The translations under genes were made by a program, and so were the position numbers. A stretch of DNA of 64,000 nt. Origin: Longimicrobiales bacterium (lineage in GTDB: Bacteria > Gemmatimonadota > Gemmatimonadetes > Longimicrobiales > Gaopeijiaceae). The stretch lies in assembly GCA_965204735.1 (NCBI GenBank), contig OZ242008.1, positions 3,232,001 through 3,296,000 of the forward strand. Direction: 5' to 3'. How positions within the stretch are numbered: position 1 is the first letter of the stretch; each line of letters opens with the position of its first letter. The notes under the pieces were generated by a model, which saw only the letters and a program-made list of their open reading frames with translations, was not told the origin of the DNA and did not search any database. This document shows, piece after piece, positions 18,917 through 30,841 of the stretch.

Positions 18917-20668
18917 CTACCGTCCCCCGCCTCCCGCCTCCACGAACCCCCGGGCCTCTTCCAGCCCCGCCACGCCGTCGCGCCCCTTCCACAGCTCGGC
19001 GACCTGACGGAACGCCACGACCGCCTTCTCCCGGTCGCCGACGGCCGCCAGCGCCCTGCCCAGCCCCAACAGCGACCGCGGCCGGTTGGGCATGCGCTCC
19101 AGCGACGTCTCGAACATCGGGACCGCGTCGGCCGGGCGGTCCATCTCCAGGAGCATCTCGCCGTAGAGCTCGTGGACGGGCTTGACCGGGTTCGCCGAGC
19201 CTCGGGGCGGCGCCATGGCCTCGACGGCGGCCACCGCCTTGTCCATGGAGGAAACGGCCATCTCCGCATGGCCCATCGCGGCATGGAGGAGCCCGTCGAC
19301 CTGCAAGTGCATCACGTGGTCGTAGCCGCTTCCGTCCGAGTTGTCGGCCAAGGCTTCGGCGGCGGCCTCCAGCGCCGCCATGTCGCCCGTGCGGGCCGCG
19401 CTCAGGCCCGTGGCCAGCAGCTCGTGGGCGGTCGACTCGTCGGTCGGCGGCGTCACCTCCCACTCTTCCGTTTCCACCACGTAGCGCGCCTTCAGCAGGG
19501 GCACCGCGCCCCGAGCCCGGGCCGTGCCCGCCGAACCCCTTGCGCCGCCCGCCTCGAAGCCGTCGTGCTGGACCATCTCCGCCAAGCGCTCCATCCAGAC
19601 CCGCGCCTTGGCGTAGTCGCCGCGCTGCAGGTCGCCGTAGTGGCCCCAGTCGAGCGAGTGCACCGCGTCGCCCAGGGCGTCGCCGGGCGTCCACAGCTCC
19701 ACCGCCACGTCGTAGGCCGATTGGTTGTGGCCGGCCACCAACTCCCACATGCCGTGCTGGATGAAGATGTGCGTGGGCATGTGGCGGGCGTGGGAGACGG
19801 CCGGCGCGATGTCGGCGAAGGCGTGGGCGGCGTCCAGCGCCAGGGGCGCCATGAGGGGGTTGTCGAAGGAGTGGATGGTGTAGTGGGCCGCGCCCGGATG
19901 GTTCGGGTTCTGGTTGAAGAGCTTCAGCGCGATCGTCCCTGCGCGGACGTTCCACCGCTCGCTCAGGTCGCCGGTGGCCCGGGTCGCCCCCAGCAGGGCG
20001 AGGGAATAGAAGGCTGCGATCTCCGGGTCGTCGGGGTAGGCGTCGTGGAGGTTGGCCATCGACTCCATGTACTCGACGCGCCGGGCCTCGTGGTCGCCGT
20101 CGCCCCAGAGGATCTCGACCGCCCGCATGAAGCCCTTCTCGCGCGCCGTGGGCGCCTTGGCGATCCGCTCCTCGGGCGTGGGCGCCAAGCGGGCCAGGGC
20201 CTTCCGGGGCTCGGTCGGGTCCATCTCGGTGACCAGGGGGTGGTTGTAGGCCAGCGATTCGGCCCAGTACGCCATTGCGAAGTCCGGGTCGATCTCCTGG
20301 GCCGCGTGGAACTGCTCCCGGGCCTGCTTCCAGCCGAAGCTGTGCAGGATCGCCACGCCTCGCAGAAAGTGGTCCTGGGCCTTGCCCGTGGCCGACGTGG
20401 GGAAGTCGATCGAGCCCACGGCGTCGAACTGGGCCCGAGCCTGGGGCGCGCCGGCAACCCCGGCCAGGAGGACGACGCCGGCCGTCGCGACGGCGGACCG
20501 GAAGGCACCGGCGAGGCGGGGGCGGCAGCGTCGGCGGAAGGCGCCGAGGCGGCGGCAGGATCCGGCGGCGGCAAGGCGTCCGGCGGGTCCTGCGGCGGCG
20601 GAGCGTCCGGTGGCGTCGGAGCGTCCGGCGGGTCCTGCGGGGGTCGGCGTCGCGGTGCTCTTGGTCAT
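18917..20668 (-). CDS. Exported TPR-like helical repeat protein
   Basis: Signal ending ARA-Q; FLRGVAILHSF, DPDFAMAYW, HPGAAHYTIH, HARHMPTHIF, PNRPRSLLGLGRA. The N-terminal ~50 aa are repetitive, so the start is uncertain. Confidence 0.8.
   Translation of the reverse strand: MTKSTATPTPAGPAGRSDATGRSAAAGPAGRLAAAGSCRRLGAFRRRCRPRLAGAFRSAVATAGVVLLAGVAGAPQARAQFDAVGSIDFPTSATGKAQDHFLRGVAILHSFGWKQAREQFHAAQEIDPDFAMAYWAESLAYNHPLVTEMDPTEPRKALARLAPTPEERIAKAPTAREKGFMRAVEILWGDGDHEARRVEYMESMANLHDAYPDDPEIAAFYSLALLGATRATGDLSERWNVRAGTIALKLFNQNPNHPGAAHYTIHSFDNPLMAPLALDAAHAFADIAPAVSHARHMPTHIFIQHGMWELVAGHNQSAYDVAVELWTPGDALGDAVHSLDWGHYGDLQRGDYAKARVWMERLAEMVQHDGFEAGGARGSAGTARARGAVPLLKARYVVETEEWEVTPPTDESTAHELLATGLSAARTGDMAALEAAAEALADNSDGSGYDHVMHLQVDGLLHAAMGHAEMAVSSMDKAVAAVEAMAPPRGSANPVKPVHELYGEMLLEMDRPADAVPMFETSLERMPNRPRSLLGLGRALAAVGDREKAVVAFRQVAELWKGRDGVAGLEEARGFVEAGGGGR
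20499..20642. repeat. Nested imperfect repeats (36, 45 and 18-nt periods) in the TPR gene N-terminus
   Basis: cggaaggc at 20499 and 20535; gcgtccggcgggtcctgcgg at 20576 and 20621. Confidence 0.7.
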
Positions 20669-20699
20669 GGTGTCGTCCTTTGTCGTTGAAGCTTCGTCG

Positions 20700-22136
20700 T
20701 CATGCGTCGGCGACGGCCGCCGCCATGTTGTCGAGGGCCGTCTTCACCACCCGGCGGGGCGACGCCAAGTTCATGCGCATGTAGCCGCCGCCACCCGTTC
20801 CGTAGCTCGACCCGGGGTTGAGGAACACGCCCGCGCGCTCGGCGAACCACCGCTGCACGACCTTCTCGGGCGTCACGGGCTCGCTGGCCTTGGCGCTCTC
20901 GCGGGCGGCCGTCCCCTCGGCGTCGATCCGGGCCGCCAGCGCCGACGTGTCCAGCCACGCCAAGTAGGTGCCCTGCGCCTTGGCGTAGCCGACCATCGGC
21001 ATCTTGTCGCGAACGTACGACTCGACGAAGTCGTGGTTGGCGTCCAGGTAGACGAGGAGGTCGTCCAGCCAGGGCTCGCCTTCGTCCAGCGCCGCCCGGG
21101 TCGCCACCATGCCCAGGGTGCTCAGGTCGGCGCGGGTGTTGCTCTTCACCCGTTCCAGGTAGTCGGGGTTCGTGGTGTGGTACCACGCCACCTTCATTGC
21201 CGCCAAGCTGAAGGACTTGCTCGCCGACTTGAAGGTCAGGCTGTTGTTCACGATCTCCTTCTCGGGCAGGCTGGCGAAGGGCGTGTACGCGGCGCCCTTG
21301 GTCACGAAGTCGCAGTGAATCTCGTCGGCCAGGACCACGACCCTGTGCCGCAGGCATATCTCGCCCATCCGCACGAGGTCCTCGGGGGACCAGCAGTTGC
21401 CCGTGGGGTTCTGCGGGTTGCACAGGATGAAGGTGTTGCAGCGCTGCGCCCGCCGCTCGAAGTCGTCGAAGTCGATCGACCAGCGTCCGTTCTCCACGAC
21501 CATGGGGCAGTCCTCCGCCACCGTGCGGGTGAACCGCAGGTCGGTGTAGAAGCCGGCGTAGGTCGGGGTGGTCATGAGGACGCGGCCTCCGGGGGGCGAG
21601 AACGTGTGCAGCGCCGCGATGATCCCCGGGTGCACGCCGGTCGTGAAGACGATCGCCGCCGGGTCGATCTCCAGCCCGTAGCGCCGCTGGTTCCACCGGG
21701 CGACTGCTTCCGCGTACGACGCCGGACGGTGCAGGTAGCCCCAGTTCTCGTGGAGGCACCGTTCCGCCAGCGCCCGCGTGACGCACGGGGCCGCCCGGAA
21801 GTCCATGTCGGCCACGCCCATCCCGGCCACCACGCCCGGTCCGTACTCCGCGACGGCCTTGTCCCAGCGGACGCTGTCGGTGCCGGTCCGTTCGTAGACC
21901 TCGTCGAAGTCGTACTCGGCCGGGCCCGGCAATGGCCGAGCGGGCGCAGCCGCATCGACGCCGGAAAGCTCCCGGGCCGCCGCGGCGCTGCCCGCCGCGC
22001 CCAGAAGCGTCGCCGAACCCGCTCTGCGCAGGAAGCGTCTCCGGTCGAGTCCCCGCCGCTGGTCGATTCCCCGCCGCCTGTGCCCCGGCCGTCCCTCCGT
22101 CCCCTGCTTGCGGTCCACGTCGATCGCACGCCGCAT
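20700..22136 (-). CDS. MalY/PatB-family PLP C-S lyase with a twin-arginine signal
   Basis: GVADMDF, LCNPQNPTG, LADEIHCD, SASKSFSLA, GTYLAWLD, RMNLA; N-terminal DRRRFLRRAG followed by a hydrophobic/Ala-rich stretch. Start ATG 22136. Confidence 0.88.
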   Translation of the reverse strand: MRRAIDVDRKQGTEGRPGHRRRGIDQRRGLDRRRFLRRAGSATLLGAAGSAAAARELSGVDAAAPARPLPGPAEYDFDEVYERTGTDSVRWDKAVAEYGPGVVAGMGVADMDFRAAPCVTRALAERCLHENWGYLHRPASYAEAVARWNQRRYGLEIDPAAIVFTTGVHPGIIAALHTFSPPGGRVLMTTPTYAGFYTDLRFTRTVAEDCPMVVENGRWSIDFDDFERRAQRCNTFILCNPQNPTGNCWSPEDLVRMGEICLRHRVVVLADEIHCDFVTKGAAYTPFASLPEKEIVNNSLTFKSASKSFSLAAMKVAWYHTTNPDYLERVKSNTRADLSTLGMVATRAALDEGEPWLDDLLVYLDANHDFVESYVRDKMPMVGYAKAQGTYLAWLDTSALAARIDAEGTAARESAKASEPVTPEKVVQRWFAERAGVFLNPGSSYGTGGGGYMRMNLASPRRVVKTALDNMAAAVADA

Positions 22137-22313
22137 TTGCCGGCATCTCCTCCGTCGGGTCCTTCCGGGGGTTCGCGCAAGCCCCGTCTTGGCGACAGAA
22201 TGGAGCCCGCGGGCGAACTGCGCAAGATTCGGGCCAGCGGCCGTCCCCTTCGTGAGCAGCCCGTCGCCTGCTTCGCCCCGCAGGGAAGTTGCTTCACTCC
22301 GTAGATTGAACCC

Positions 22314-24545
22314 ATGACGACGACGCCCATCACGACGACGGCGACGACGGCGGCCCAGCGCGGCACGGCGATCCAGGGGCTCCCCCGGCCCCTGGCCCGG
22401 GCGATGGAGGAGTACGCCGAGCGCCTGGACGTGGACGCCGTGCGGACCGCCTACCAGCTGGCGGCGGACGCCCACGCCGGCCAGAAGCGAGCGTCCGGGG
22501 AGCCTTTCGTCAACCACGCCGTGGAAGTGGCCACCATCGTCGCCCAGCTTCGGCTGGACACCGGCTCGCTGGCGTCGGCGCTGGTCCACGACGTGGTGGA
22601 GGACACCGCCGTCTCTCTTCAAGGGGTTCGGGACGCCCTGGGCGACGAAGTCGGCGCGATCGTGGACGGCGTCACCAAGATCGGGCGGGTGCGCTTCAGG
22701 TCCCACACCGAAGCCCAGGTCGAGAACTACCGGAAGCTGCTGCTTTCGATGGCGAAGGACGTGCGCGTCATCCTGGTCAAGCTGGCGGACCGCCTTCACA
22801 ACATGCGGACGCTGGGGTACCTGCGCCCGGGGAAGCAGGCACCGATCGCCCGGGAGACGTTGGAGATCTATGCGCCCCTGGCCCACCGCCTGGGGATGGC
22901 CGCGGTCAAGTGGGAGCTGGAGGACCTGGCCTTCAAGTACTTGGACCCCGACTCCTACGACGCCCTGCGCAAGCTGGTGCGGCAGCGGCGGCGGGCTCGG
23001 GAGCGGCACGTCCTGGAGATGCAGCGGCCTCTGGAGGCGATGCTGGAGAACGCCGGCATCCCGGCCGAGGTCACGGGCAGGCCCAAGCACCTCTGGTCGA
23101 TCCACCGGAAGATGACCACCCAGAACCGGGACTACGACGACATCTACGACCTGATGGCGCTTCGGGTCATCACGGAGACGATTCAGCACTGCTACGCGGC
23201 GCTCGGGATCATCCACAGCAAGTGGACGCCGGTGCAGGACCGCTTCCACGACTACGTGGCCACGCCCAAGTCCAACATGTACCAGTCGATCCACACGACC
23301 GTGTACGGGCCCGGCGGGCGGCGGTACGAGGTGCAGATCCGCACGGAAGAGATGCACAGGACCGCCGAGTACGGGATTGCCGCCCACTGGCGCTACAAGG
23401 AAGAGGGCGAAGAAACGGGCGTGGACCGGGCGCTCACCTGGTTCCGCCAGGTGCTGGAGTGGCAGCAGGAAGCGGGGGGACCCGAGGACTTCATGGAGTT
23501 CCTCCGCATGGACCTCTTCCAAGGCGAGGTCTTCGTCTTCACGCCCAAGGGCGAGGTCAAGAGGCTGCCCGTGGGCTCCTCCCCCATCGACTTCGCGTTC
23601 TCGGTGCACACGGAAGTCGGGCTGCGCTGCGCGGGCGCCAAGGTGAACGGCCGGATCGCGTCGCTCTCCAGGGAGCTGCGCAACGGCGACTCGGTGGAGA
23701 TCATCACCAGTCCGCGCCAGCGGCCCAACCGCGACTGGCTGGGGTTCGTCAAGACCTCTCGCGCCCGCCAGCGGATCCGCCAGTGGGTAAGGAGGGAGGA
23801 GTACGACCAGGCCCTGCGCCTGGGCAACGAGCTCTTCCTGCGGGAGCTGCGCAAGACCCGGCTTCCCAAGCCCGGCGAGGAGGAGATGCGCAAGGCCGCC
23901 CGGGCGCTGGGGTTCGCCAGCTTCGACAACGCGCTGGCGGCGCTGGCCCGAGGGGAGATCGCCCCGGCGGCGGTGATCAAGGCGTTCTTCCCCGGCGAGG
24001 ACCCGGCGAAGGTGGTGCGGCGCACGCCGTCGGCGCTGGAGCGGATCGCCGAGAAGATCCGCAAGTCCCAGCGGAGCGTGACGATCCAGGGGATGGACGA
24101 CCTCATGATCCGCTACTCCCGCTGCTGCCAGCCCGTGCCGGGCGACGACGTGATCGGCTACACGACCCGGGGGCGCGGCATCTCGATCCACAGGAAGGAT
24201 TGTCCCAACATCCTGGACCTGGACCGGGACCCCGCGCGGCGGGTCGAGATCGAGTGGAAGGCCGAGCGGGAGGACCGCTTCTTCGTGCACCTGGCCATGG
24301 AGGGCACCGACCGGCGAGGGCTCCTGGGCGACGTGGCCAAGACGATCACCGAGACCGCCACCGACATTCAGCACGCCGACATGCGCGCCACCGACGGCGG
24401 GATGACGGCGGCGTTCGTGGTGGAAGTGCAGAACTTGAACCATCTGAAGCGGATCATGGACGCGGTGCGGCGAGTGAAGGGCGTCGTCTCCGTTGTGCGC
24501 AGGGAGAGCTTTCGGGAGAGCGAGCTTTTAGAGGGCGGCGGCTGA
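22314..24545 (+). CDS. relA: Bifunctional (p)ppGpp synthetase/hydrolase (long RSH)
   Basis: HDVVED hydrolase motif, [32 protein letters not shown] domain (DFAFSVHT), [11 protein letters not shown] domain. Confidence 0.95.
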   Translation: MTTTPITTTATTAAQRGTAIQGLPRPLARAMEEYAERLDVDAVRTAYQLAADAHAGQKRASGEPFVNHAVEVATIVAQLRLDTGSLASALVHDVVEDTAVSLQGVRDALGDEVGAIVDGVTKIGRVRFRSHTEAQVENYRKLLLSMAKDVRVILVKLADRLHNMRTLGYLRPGKQAPIARETLEIYAPLAHRLGMAAVKWELEDLAFKYLDPDSYDALRKLVRQRRRARERHVLEMQRPLEAMLENAGIPAEVTGRPKHLWSIHRKMTTQNRDYDDIYDLMALRVITETIQHCYAALGIIHSKWTPVQDRFHDYVATPKSNMYQSIHTTVYGPGGRRYEVQIRTEEMHRTAEYGIAAHWRYKEEGEETGVDRALTWFRQVLEWQQEAGGPEDFMEFLRMDLFQGEVFVFTPKGEVKRLPVGSSPIDFAFSVHTEVGLRCAGAKVNGRIASLSRELRNGDSVEIITSPRQRPNRDWLGFVKTSRARQRIRQWVRREEYDQALRLGNELFLRELRKTRLPKPGEEEMRKAARALGFASFDNALAALARGEIAPAAVIKAFFPGEDPAKVVRRTPSALERIAEKIRKSQRSVTIQGMDDLMIRYSRCCQPVPGDDVIGYTTRGRGISIHRKDCPNILDLDRDPARRVEIEWKAEREDRFFVHLAMEGTDRRGLLGDVAKTITETATDIQHADMRATDGGMTAAFVVEVQNLNHLKRIMDAVRRVKGVVSVVRRESFRESELLEGGG

Positions 24546-24547
24546 AG

Positions 24548-26556
<2,009 letters not shown>

Positions 26557-26560
<4 letters not shown>

Positions 26561-27219
26561 GGCTGACGGAGGATCGGCTGGAGGCTTGGGGCCGGCGGAT
26601 CGGAGGGGAGCTTCGGGCGGGCGTGCAGTCGGGTCTCGGGGGGGAGTTCCGGGAGGGCGCCCGCTGGGGCGTCGGGGCCGGTGGACCGGGCGGGCGGGTC
26701 GGCAGAGCTTCTGGGGACCTCCAGGAGGGCGCCCGCTGGGGCGTCGGGGCCGGTGGACCGGGCGGGCGGGTCGGCAGAGCTTCTGGGGAGTTCCGGGAGG
26801 GCGCCCGCTGGGGCGTCGGGACCGCCGGGGGGGCGTTCGTCGGGCTGCGGGGGCCGCTGGGGGCGGGGAAGTCGGTCCTGGCCCGGGCGGTGGCTCGGGG
26901 GGCGGGGGTGGAGGGGCCGATGCCGTCGCCGACCTTCAACATCCTCTTCCGGTATCCGTTGCCGGGCGGGGGCTCGGTGGTCCACGCGGACCTGTATCGG
27001 GTCCGGTCGGTGGAGGAGCTGGCGCTGCTGGGGTGGGACGACCTGCTGGCGGACCGGTCGATTGCCCTCGTGGAGTGGCCGGAGCGGGCGGCGGGCGAGC
27101 TTCCGGACGACCGCTGGGAGATCGAGCTGGCGATGTCCAGCGAGGCCGGCGTGCGCGCGGCCGTGGCTCGGCGCCACGGGACCCCCCTCGATCTGCCGGC
27201 GTGCTTGGCGGCGGAGTGA
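26557..27219 (+). CDS. tsaE: tRNA t6A biosynthesis ATPase TsaE with a repeat insertion
   Basis: [28 protein letters not shown] overlap with uvrB; adjacent to tsaB. Confidence 0.9.
26605..26820. repeat. Array of 36-nt modules (A'-A-B-A-B-A; 72-nt period), in frame within tsaE
   Basis: A=ggggagttccgggagggcgcccgctggggcgtcggg at 26641, 26713 (variant) and 26785; B=gccggtggaccgggcgggcgggtcggcagagcttct at 26677 and 26749; degenerate A' at 26605. Confidence 0.95.
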
Positions 27220-28124
27220 CCAGCGACGATCGTCGGGAGCCGGCGGCGACGGGCGCGCCGGGAGCTGTCCACGGCGACGACGACGGGCCTCGACGCGACG
27301 AGCGTCGGGAAGCTGCGGCGCCGGGCGCGCCCCTGGGCCCCGCGATGCCGCCGGGACGCTTCCTGGGGATCGAGACCACGGGGCGCGTCGGTTCGGTGGC
27401 GCTGGCGGTGGACGGCGTCGTGGCGGCGCAGCGCTTCCTGACCACGCCCTCCGCCCACGCCTCCGGCCTGATCCCGGCCGTGCGGGCGGTGCTGGCGGAG
27501 GCCGGCGCGAGCCGCGAAGAGCTGGAAGGGGTGGCGGTCGGCGCCGGTCCCGGGTCGTTCACCGGCGCGCGGATCGGGGCGGCGGCGGCCAAGGGGCTCG
27601 CGAGCGCACTTCGGCTTCCCCTCTACGCCACGTCGAGCCTGCGAGCGGCGGCGTTTGCGGTGGAGACTCTCGACACGGGGCCGAACGCCGGCGCGCTCCC
27701 GCCGGAGCTCTTCGGGCCGAAGGAGGAGCTGGCGGCCCACGGCGCCGCGGCAGGGCCGCTTCCGGTTCTCCCTAGCCCCCTTCCGCGGAGTCGGCGGGAG
27801 ATCCGCTACGTCCTCTTCGACGCCCGCGGCGGGAGGGTCTACGGCGCCTGCTACGACGTCGGCGCCGACGGACCCGCCGAGGTCGTGGCGCCCCACGGTG
27901 GGACGATCGTCCAGGCAATCAACCGGCGCCCGCCCCTGGGAACCGTCTTCATGGGAGACGGCGCCGAGGCCCACGCCCGCCTGGTGGAGGCCGCCGGGTT
28001 CGCCGTGGCGCCCTTGCCCGCCGGCCTGCCCCTGGCCGCGGCCGTGCTCGGCTGCTGTTCGTGGACGCCGGTGGACGCGTCTTCGTGGGAGCCCGAGTAC
28101 CTGCGGGAGTGGAGGCCGGGGTGA
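27216..28124 (+). CDS. tsaB: tRNA t6A biosynthesis protein TsaB
   Basis: LGIETTG, GPGSFTGARIG, DARGGRVY, EPEYLR; GTGA overlap with tsaE (alternative ATG at 27344). Confidence 0.9.
   Translation: MTSDDRREPAATGAPGAVHGDDDGPRRDERREAAAPGAPLGPAMPPGRFLGIETTGRVGSVALAVDGVVAAQRFLTTPSAHASGLIPAVRAVLAEAGASREELEGVAVGAGPGSFTGARIGAAAAKGLASALRLPLYATSSLRAAAFAVETLDTGPNAGALPPELFGPKEELAAHGAAAGPLPVLPSPLPRSRREIRYVLFDARGGRVYGACYDVGADGPAEVVAPHGGTIVQAINRRPPLGTVFMGDGAEAHARLVEAAGFAVAPLPAGLPLAAAVLGCCSWTPVDASSWEPEYLREWRPG
27225..27332. repeat. 36-nt repeat / 36-nt unique segment / 36-nt repeat at the tsaB 5' end
   Basis: gacgatcgtcgggagccggcggcgacgggcgcgccg (27225) vs gacgagcgtcgggaagctgcggcgccgggcgcgccc (27297); 30/36 identical by manual count. 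Confidence 0.8.
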
Positions 28125-28585
28125 CCCTCGCGCTCCACGTGCGCAAGGCGGAGGAGGAGGACTTGGCCGCGGTCGTGGAGATCGAGAAGGAGTCGTTCGG
28201 CCGGCCGTGGCGGCTGGAGACCTTCGCAACCCTCCTGGCCCGCCCCAGCGTGGACTTCCTGGTGGCGGAGGCGGGCGCGGGCGTGGCCGGGTACGTGGTG
28301 CTCCGCTCCACGGTCGGCGAGACGGAGCTGGCCAACTTGGCCGTGAGCTCGGGCCGCCGGGGCATGGGCGTGGCTCGCGCGCTGCTGACGCAGGCGGTGG
28401 AGACGGCCCGGGAGAGGGGCGCGACTTGGATGTTCCTGGCCGTCCGGGTCTCCAACCGCCGGGCGGCTAGATTGTACGAGCAGTTCGGCTTTCAGGAGAT
28501 CGGCGTCCACGGCTCCTACTACCGGGACCCCCTGGAGGACGCCCGGGTGTTCGCCATGGAGTTCTCGTCCGCGCCTCGTCCCTAG
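28121..28585 (+). CDS. rimI: Ribosomal-protein alanine N-acetyltransferase
   Basis: IEKESFGRPW, NLAV...RRGMG, VRVSN..A..LY..FGF, YY...EDA; tsaE-tsaB-rimI synteny. Confidence 0.88.
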   Translation: MTLALHVRKAEEEDLAAVVEIEKESFGRPWRLETFATLLARPSVDFLVAEAGAGVAGYVVLRSTVGETELANLAVSSGRRGMGVARALLTQAVETARERGATWMFLAVRVSNRRAARLYEQFGFQEIGVHGSYYRDPLEDARVFAMEFSSAPRP

Positions 28586-28595
28586 TCCGGGCGCC

Positions 28596-29813
28596 GTGCC
28601 TTGGGGCGACCATGGGCTTGCCGGGAGCCCGCACGCGCTCGGAAGGAGCCCGGACAAGCTCGCCCACGAACAGCTTGCGCCGCGGGAGCCGCGTGCGCTC
28701 GGAAGCCCTGGGCGCCAGTCGCCAGCAGGCTCCCGCCAACGAAGCCCGCAACCGCTCGGAGGAGCCTTGGACGCCAGCCAGCCTTTCCCGCCGGTGATCG
28801 CGGAAGTGGGCCAGGCCCACGACGGCAGCCTGGGCACGGCCCACGCCTTCATCGACGCCGTGGCGGACGCCGGAGCGGACGCGGTGAAGTTCCAGACCCA
28901 CATCGCCCGGGCCGAGAGCTCGCCCGAGGAGCCTTGGCGCGTCGACTTCAGTCCCCAGGACGCGAGCCGCTGGGAGTACTGGCGGCGGATGGAGTTCACC
29001 GGGGACCAGTGGGCGGGGCTGAAGCGCCACGCGGGGCGTCGGGGCCTGGCGTTCCTGAGCTCGCCGTTCTCCGACGAAGCCTTCGACCTGCTTTCGCGGG
29101 TGGGCGTGGCGGCGTGGAAGGCGGCGTCGGGCGAGGTGGCCACCCCTGGACTTCTGAACCGAATGCTGGCGTCCGGGCTTCCGGTCCTCGTCTCGACCGG
29201 AATGAGCGGATGGGACGAGATCGACGGCGTGGCCGCCCGGGCTCGGCGGGCGGGGGCGGCCCTGGCGCTGCTCCAGTGCACGTCCCGCTACCCGACTCCG
29301 CCGGACGAAGTCGGCCTCAACGTGCTGGGGCAGATGCGCGAGCGCTACGACGCCGCGGTGGGGCTCTCCGACCATTCGGGAACGATCTTCCCCTCGCTGG
29401 CGGCCGTCGCCCTGGGCGCCGACGTGGTGGAGGTCCACGTGACTCTCTCCCGTCGAGCGTTCGGCCCCGACGTGAGCTCGTCGGTGACGGCGGAGGAGCT
29501 GGCGGAGCTGTGCCGCGGCGTCGCGTTCCTTCGGACGGCACGGGCGGCGCCGGTGGACAAGGACGCCATGGCGGAGGAGCTGGCGGCGGTGCGGGCCGTC
29601 TTCGGGAAGAGCGCCGCGGCGCTTCGGTCCCTTCCGGCGGGACACAAGCTCTCGGACGGCGACTTGGGCCCCCGAAAGCCGGGCACGGGAATCTCGGCGG
29701 CCCGCATTCCTTCCCTGGCCGGGCGAACGCTGCGGCGCGCGGTCGAAGGGGGGCGCCTGCTGCGGGAGGAGGACTTGCTCCCGGCAGGAGACGGCAGGGA
29801 CCCGGCGCCGTGA
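28596..29813 (+). CDS. neuB: N-acetylneuraminate/nonulosonate synthase family protein with a C-terminal SAF domain
   Basis: IAEVGQAHDG, ADAVKFQ, STGMS, QCTSRYP, GLSDHSG, EVHVTL, KPGTGI. The true start may be TTG 28767, because the first ~57 codons are repetitive. Confidence 0.9.
   Translation: MPWGDHGLAGSPHALGRSPDKLAHEQLAPREPRALGSPGRQSPAGSRQRSPQPLGGALDASQPFPPVIAEVGQAHDGSLGTAHAFIDAVADAGADAVKFQTHIARAESSPEEPWRVDFSPQDASRWEYWRRMEFTGDQWAGLKRHAGRRGLAFLSSPFSDEAFDLLSRVGVAAWKAASGEVATPGLLNRMLASGLPVLVSTGMSGWDEIDGVAARARRAGAALALLQCTSRYPTPPDEVGLNVLGQMRERYDAAVGLSDHSGTIFPSLAAVALGADVVEVHVTLSRRAFGPDVSSSVTAEELAELCRGVAFLRTARAAPVDKDAMAEELAAVRAVFGKSAAALRSLPAGHKLSDGDLGPRKPGTGISAARIPSLAGRTLRRAVEGGRLLREEDLLPAGDGRDPAP
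28617..28772. repeat. Three degenerate ~57-60-nt repeats at the rimI-neuB junction
   Basis: Anchor (g/c)cgctcgga at 28635, 28695 and 28752, each preceded by gagcc/gaagcc. Confidence 0.6.
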
Positions 29814-30841
29814 CGGGCCGCGCCGCGACGGGCCACCGCATCCTCAACGCCGAAGCCGCCGGCTACTCGTCCGAGGCCGCCGCCGTGCTGGCCGACGCCG
29901 GCGAGGTGCGGCTCGAGGACATGGACCGGCGGGCGCTGCTGGACGCGGCGCCGTGGGCGACGGCGCTGATCGTGCGGCTGGGTCACCGGGTGGACGACGA
30001 GCTGCTGGGCCGCGCCCCCGGGCTGCGCGTCGTGGCCACCCCCACGACCGGGCTGGACCACGTCGACCTGGACGCGGCCCGACGGCGGGGCGTGGCCGTG
30101 CTCTCCCTGAAGGGCGAGAGCGAGTTCCTGGACACCGTCCACGCCACTGCCGAGCACACGTGGGCGATCCTCCTCGCCCTTGCGAGGCGCGTCCCGTGGG
30201 CGCACGAGCACGCCGCGGCCGGGGGATGGGAGCGGGACCGCTTCCGGGGGCGCGAGCTGGCCGGCCGCTCCCTCGGGGTCGTGGGGCTGGGGCGGGTGGG
30301 ACGAAGAGTCGCGGGATACGGTCTCGCGTTCGGGATGCGGGTGGCCGCCTGCGACCCTTCGCCGGTCCGCTGGCTGGACGGCGTGGGGCGGGCGCCGGGA
30401 GTGCGGGAGCTGGCGGCGGCGTCCGACGTGCTGTCGGTCCACGTGCCGTTGGACGCGACCACGAAGGGGCTGGTCGGCGCCGACGTGCTCGCCGCGCTGC
30501 CCCGGGGCGCCGTGGTGGTGAACACCTCACGGGGCGCCGTGGTCGACGAAGACGCCCTGGTCGACGCCCTGGAGTCGGGAAGGATCGGCGGGGCCGCCCT
30601 GGACGTGCTTCGCGGCGAGCCCTCGGCCTTGGACACCGACCTCCGCCCGCCGGCAGGCGTCGGCGCCCCGCGAGCCGCCTGCGCCAGCCCCTTGGTCGCC
30701 CTGGCCCGCCGCCGCAGCGACGTTCTCCTCACGCCCCACATCGGCGGGGCTACCTTTGAGTCCATGGCCCGAACCGAGATCTACATGGCCCGCCGCCTGC
30801 GCCGCTTCTGTCTCGACGGGCGTTCCCCAGCCCTCCGGTGA
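29810..30841 (+). CDS. D-isomer-specific 2-hydroxyacid dehydrogenase (SerA-like catalytic core)
   Basis: TGLDHVD, TAEH, GVVGLGRVG, HVPL, NTSRG, AALDV, TPHIGG; GTGA overlaps at both ends. Confidence 0.9.
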   Translation: MTGRAATGHRILNAEAAGYSSEAAAVLADAGEVRLEDMDRRALLDAAPWATALIVRLGHRVDDELLGRAPGLRVVATPTTGLDHVDLDAARRRGVAVLSLKGESEFLDTVHATAEHTWAILLALARRVPWAHEHAAAGGWERDRFRGRELAGRSLGVVGLGRVGRRVAGYGLAFGMRVAACDPSPVRWLDGVGRAPGVRELAAASDVLSVHVPLDATTKGLVGADVLAALPRGAVVVNTSRGAVVDEDALVDALESGRIGGAALDVLRGEPSALDTDLRPPAGVGAPRAACASPLVALARRRSDVLLTPHIGGATFESMARTEIYMARRLRRFCLDGRSPALR

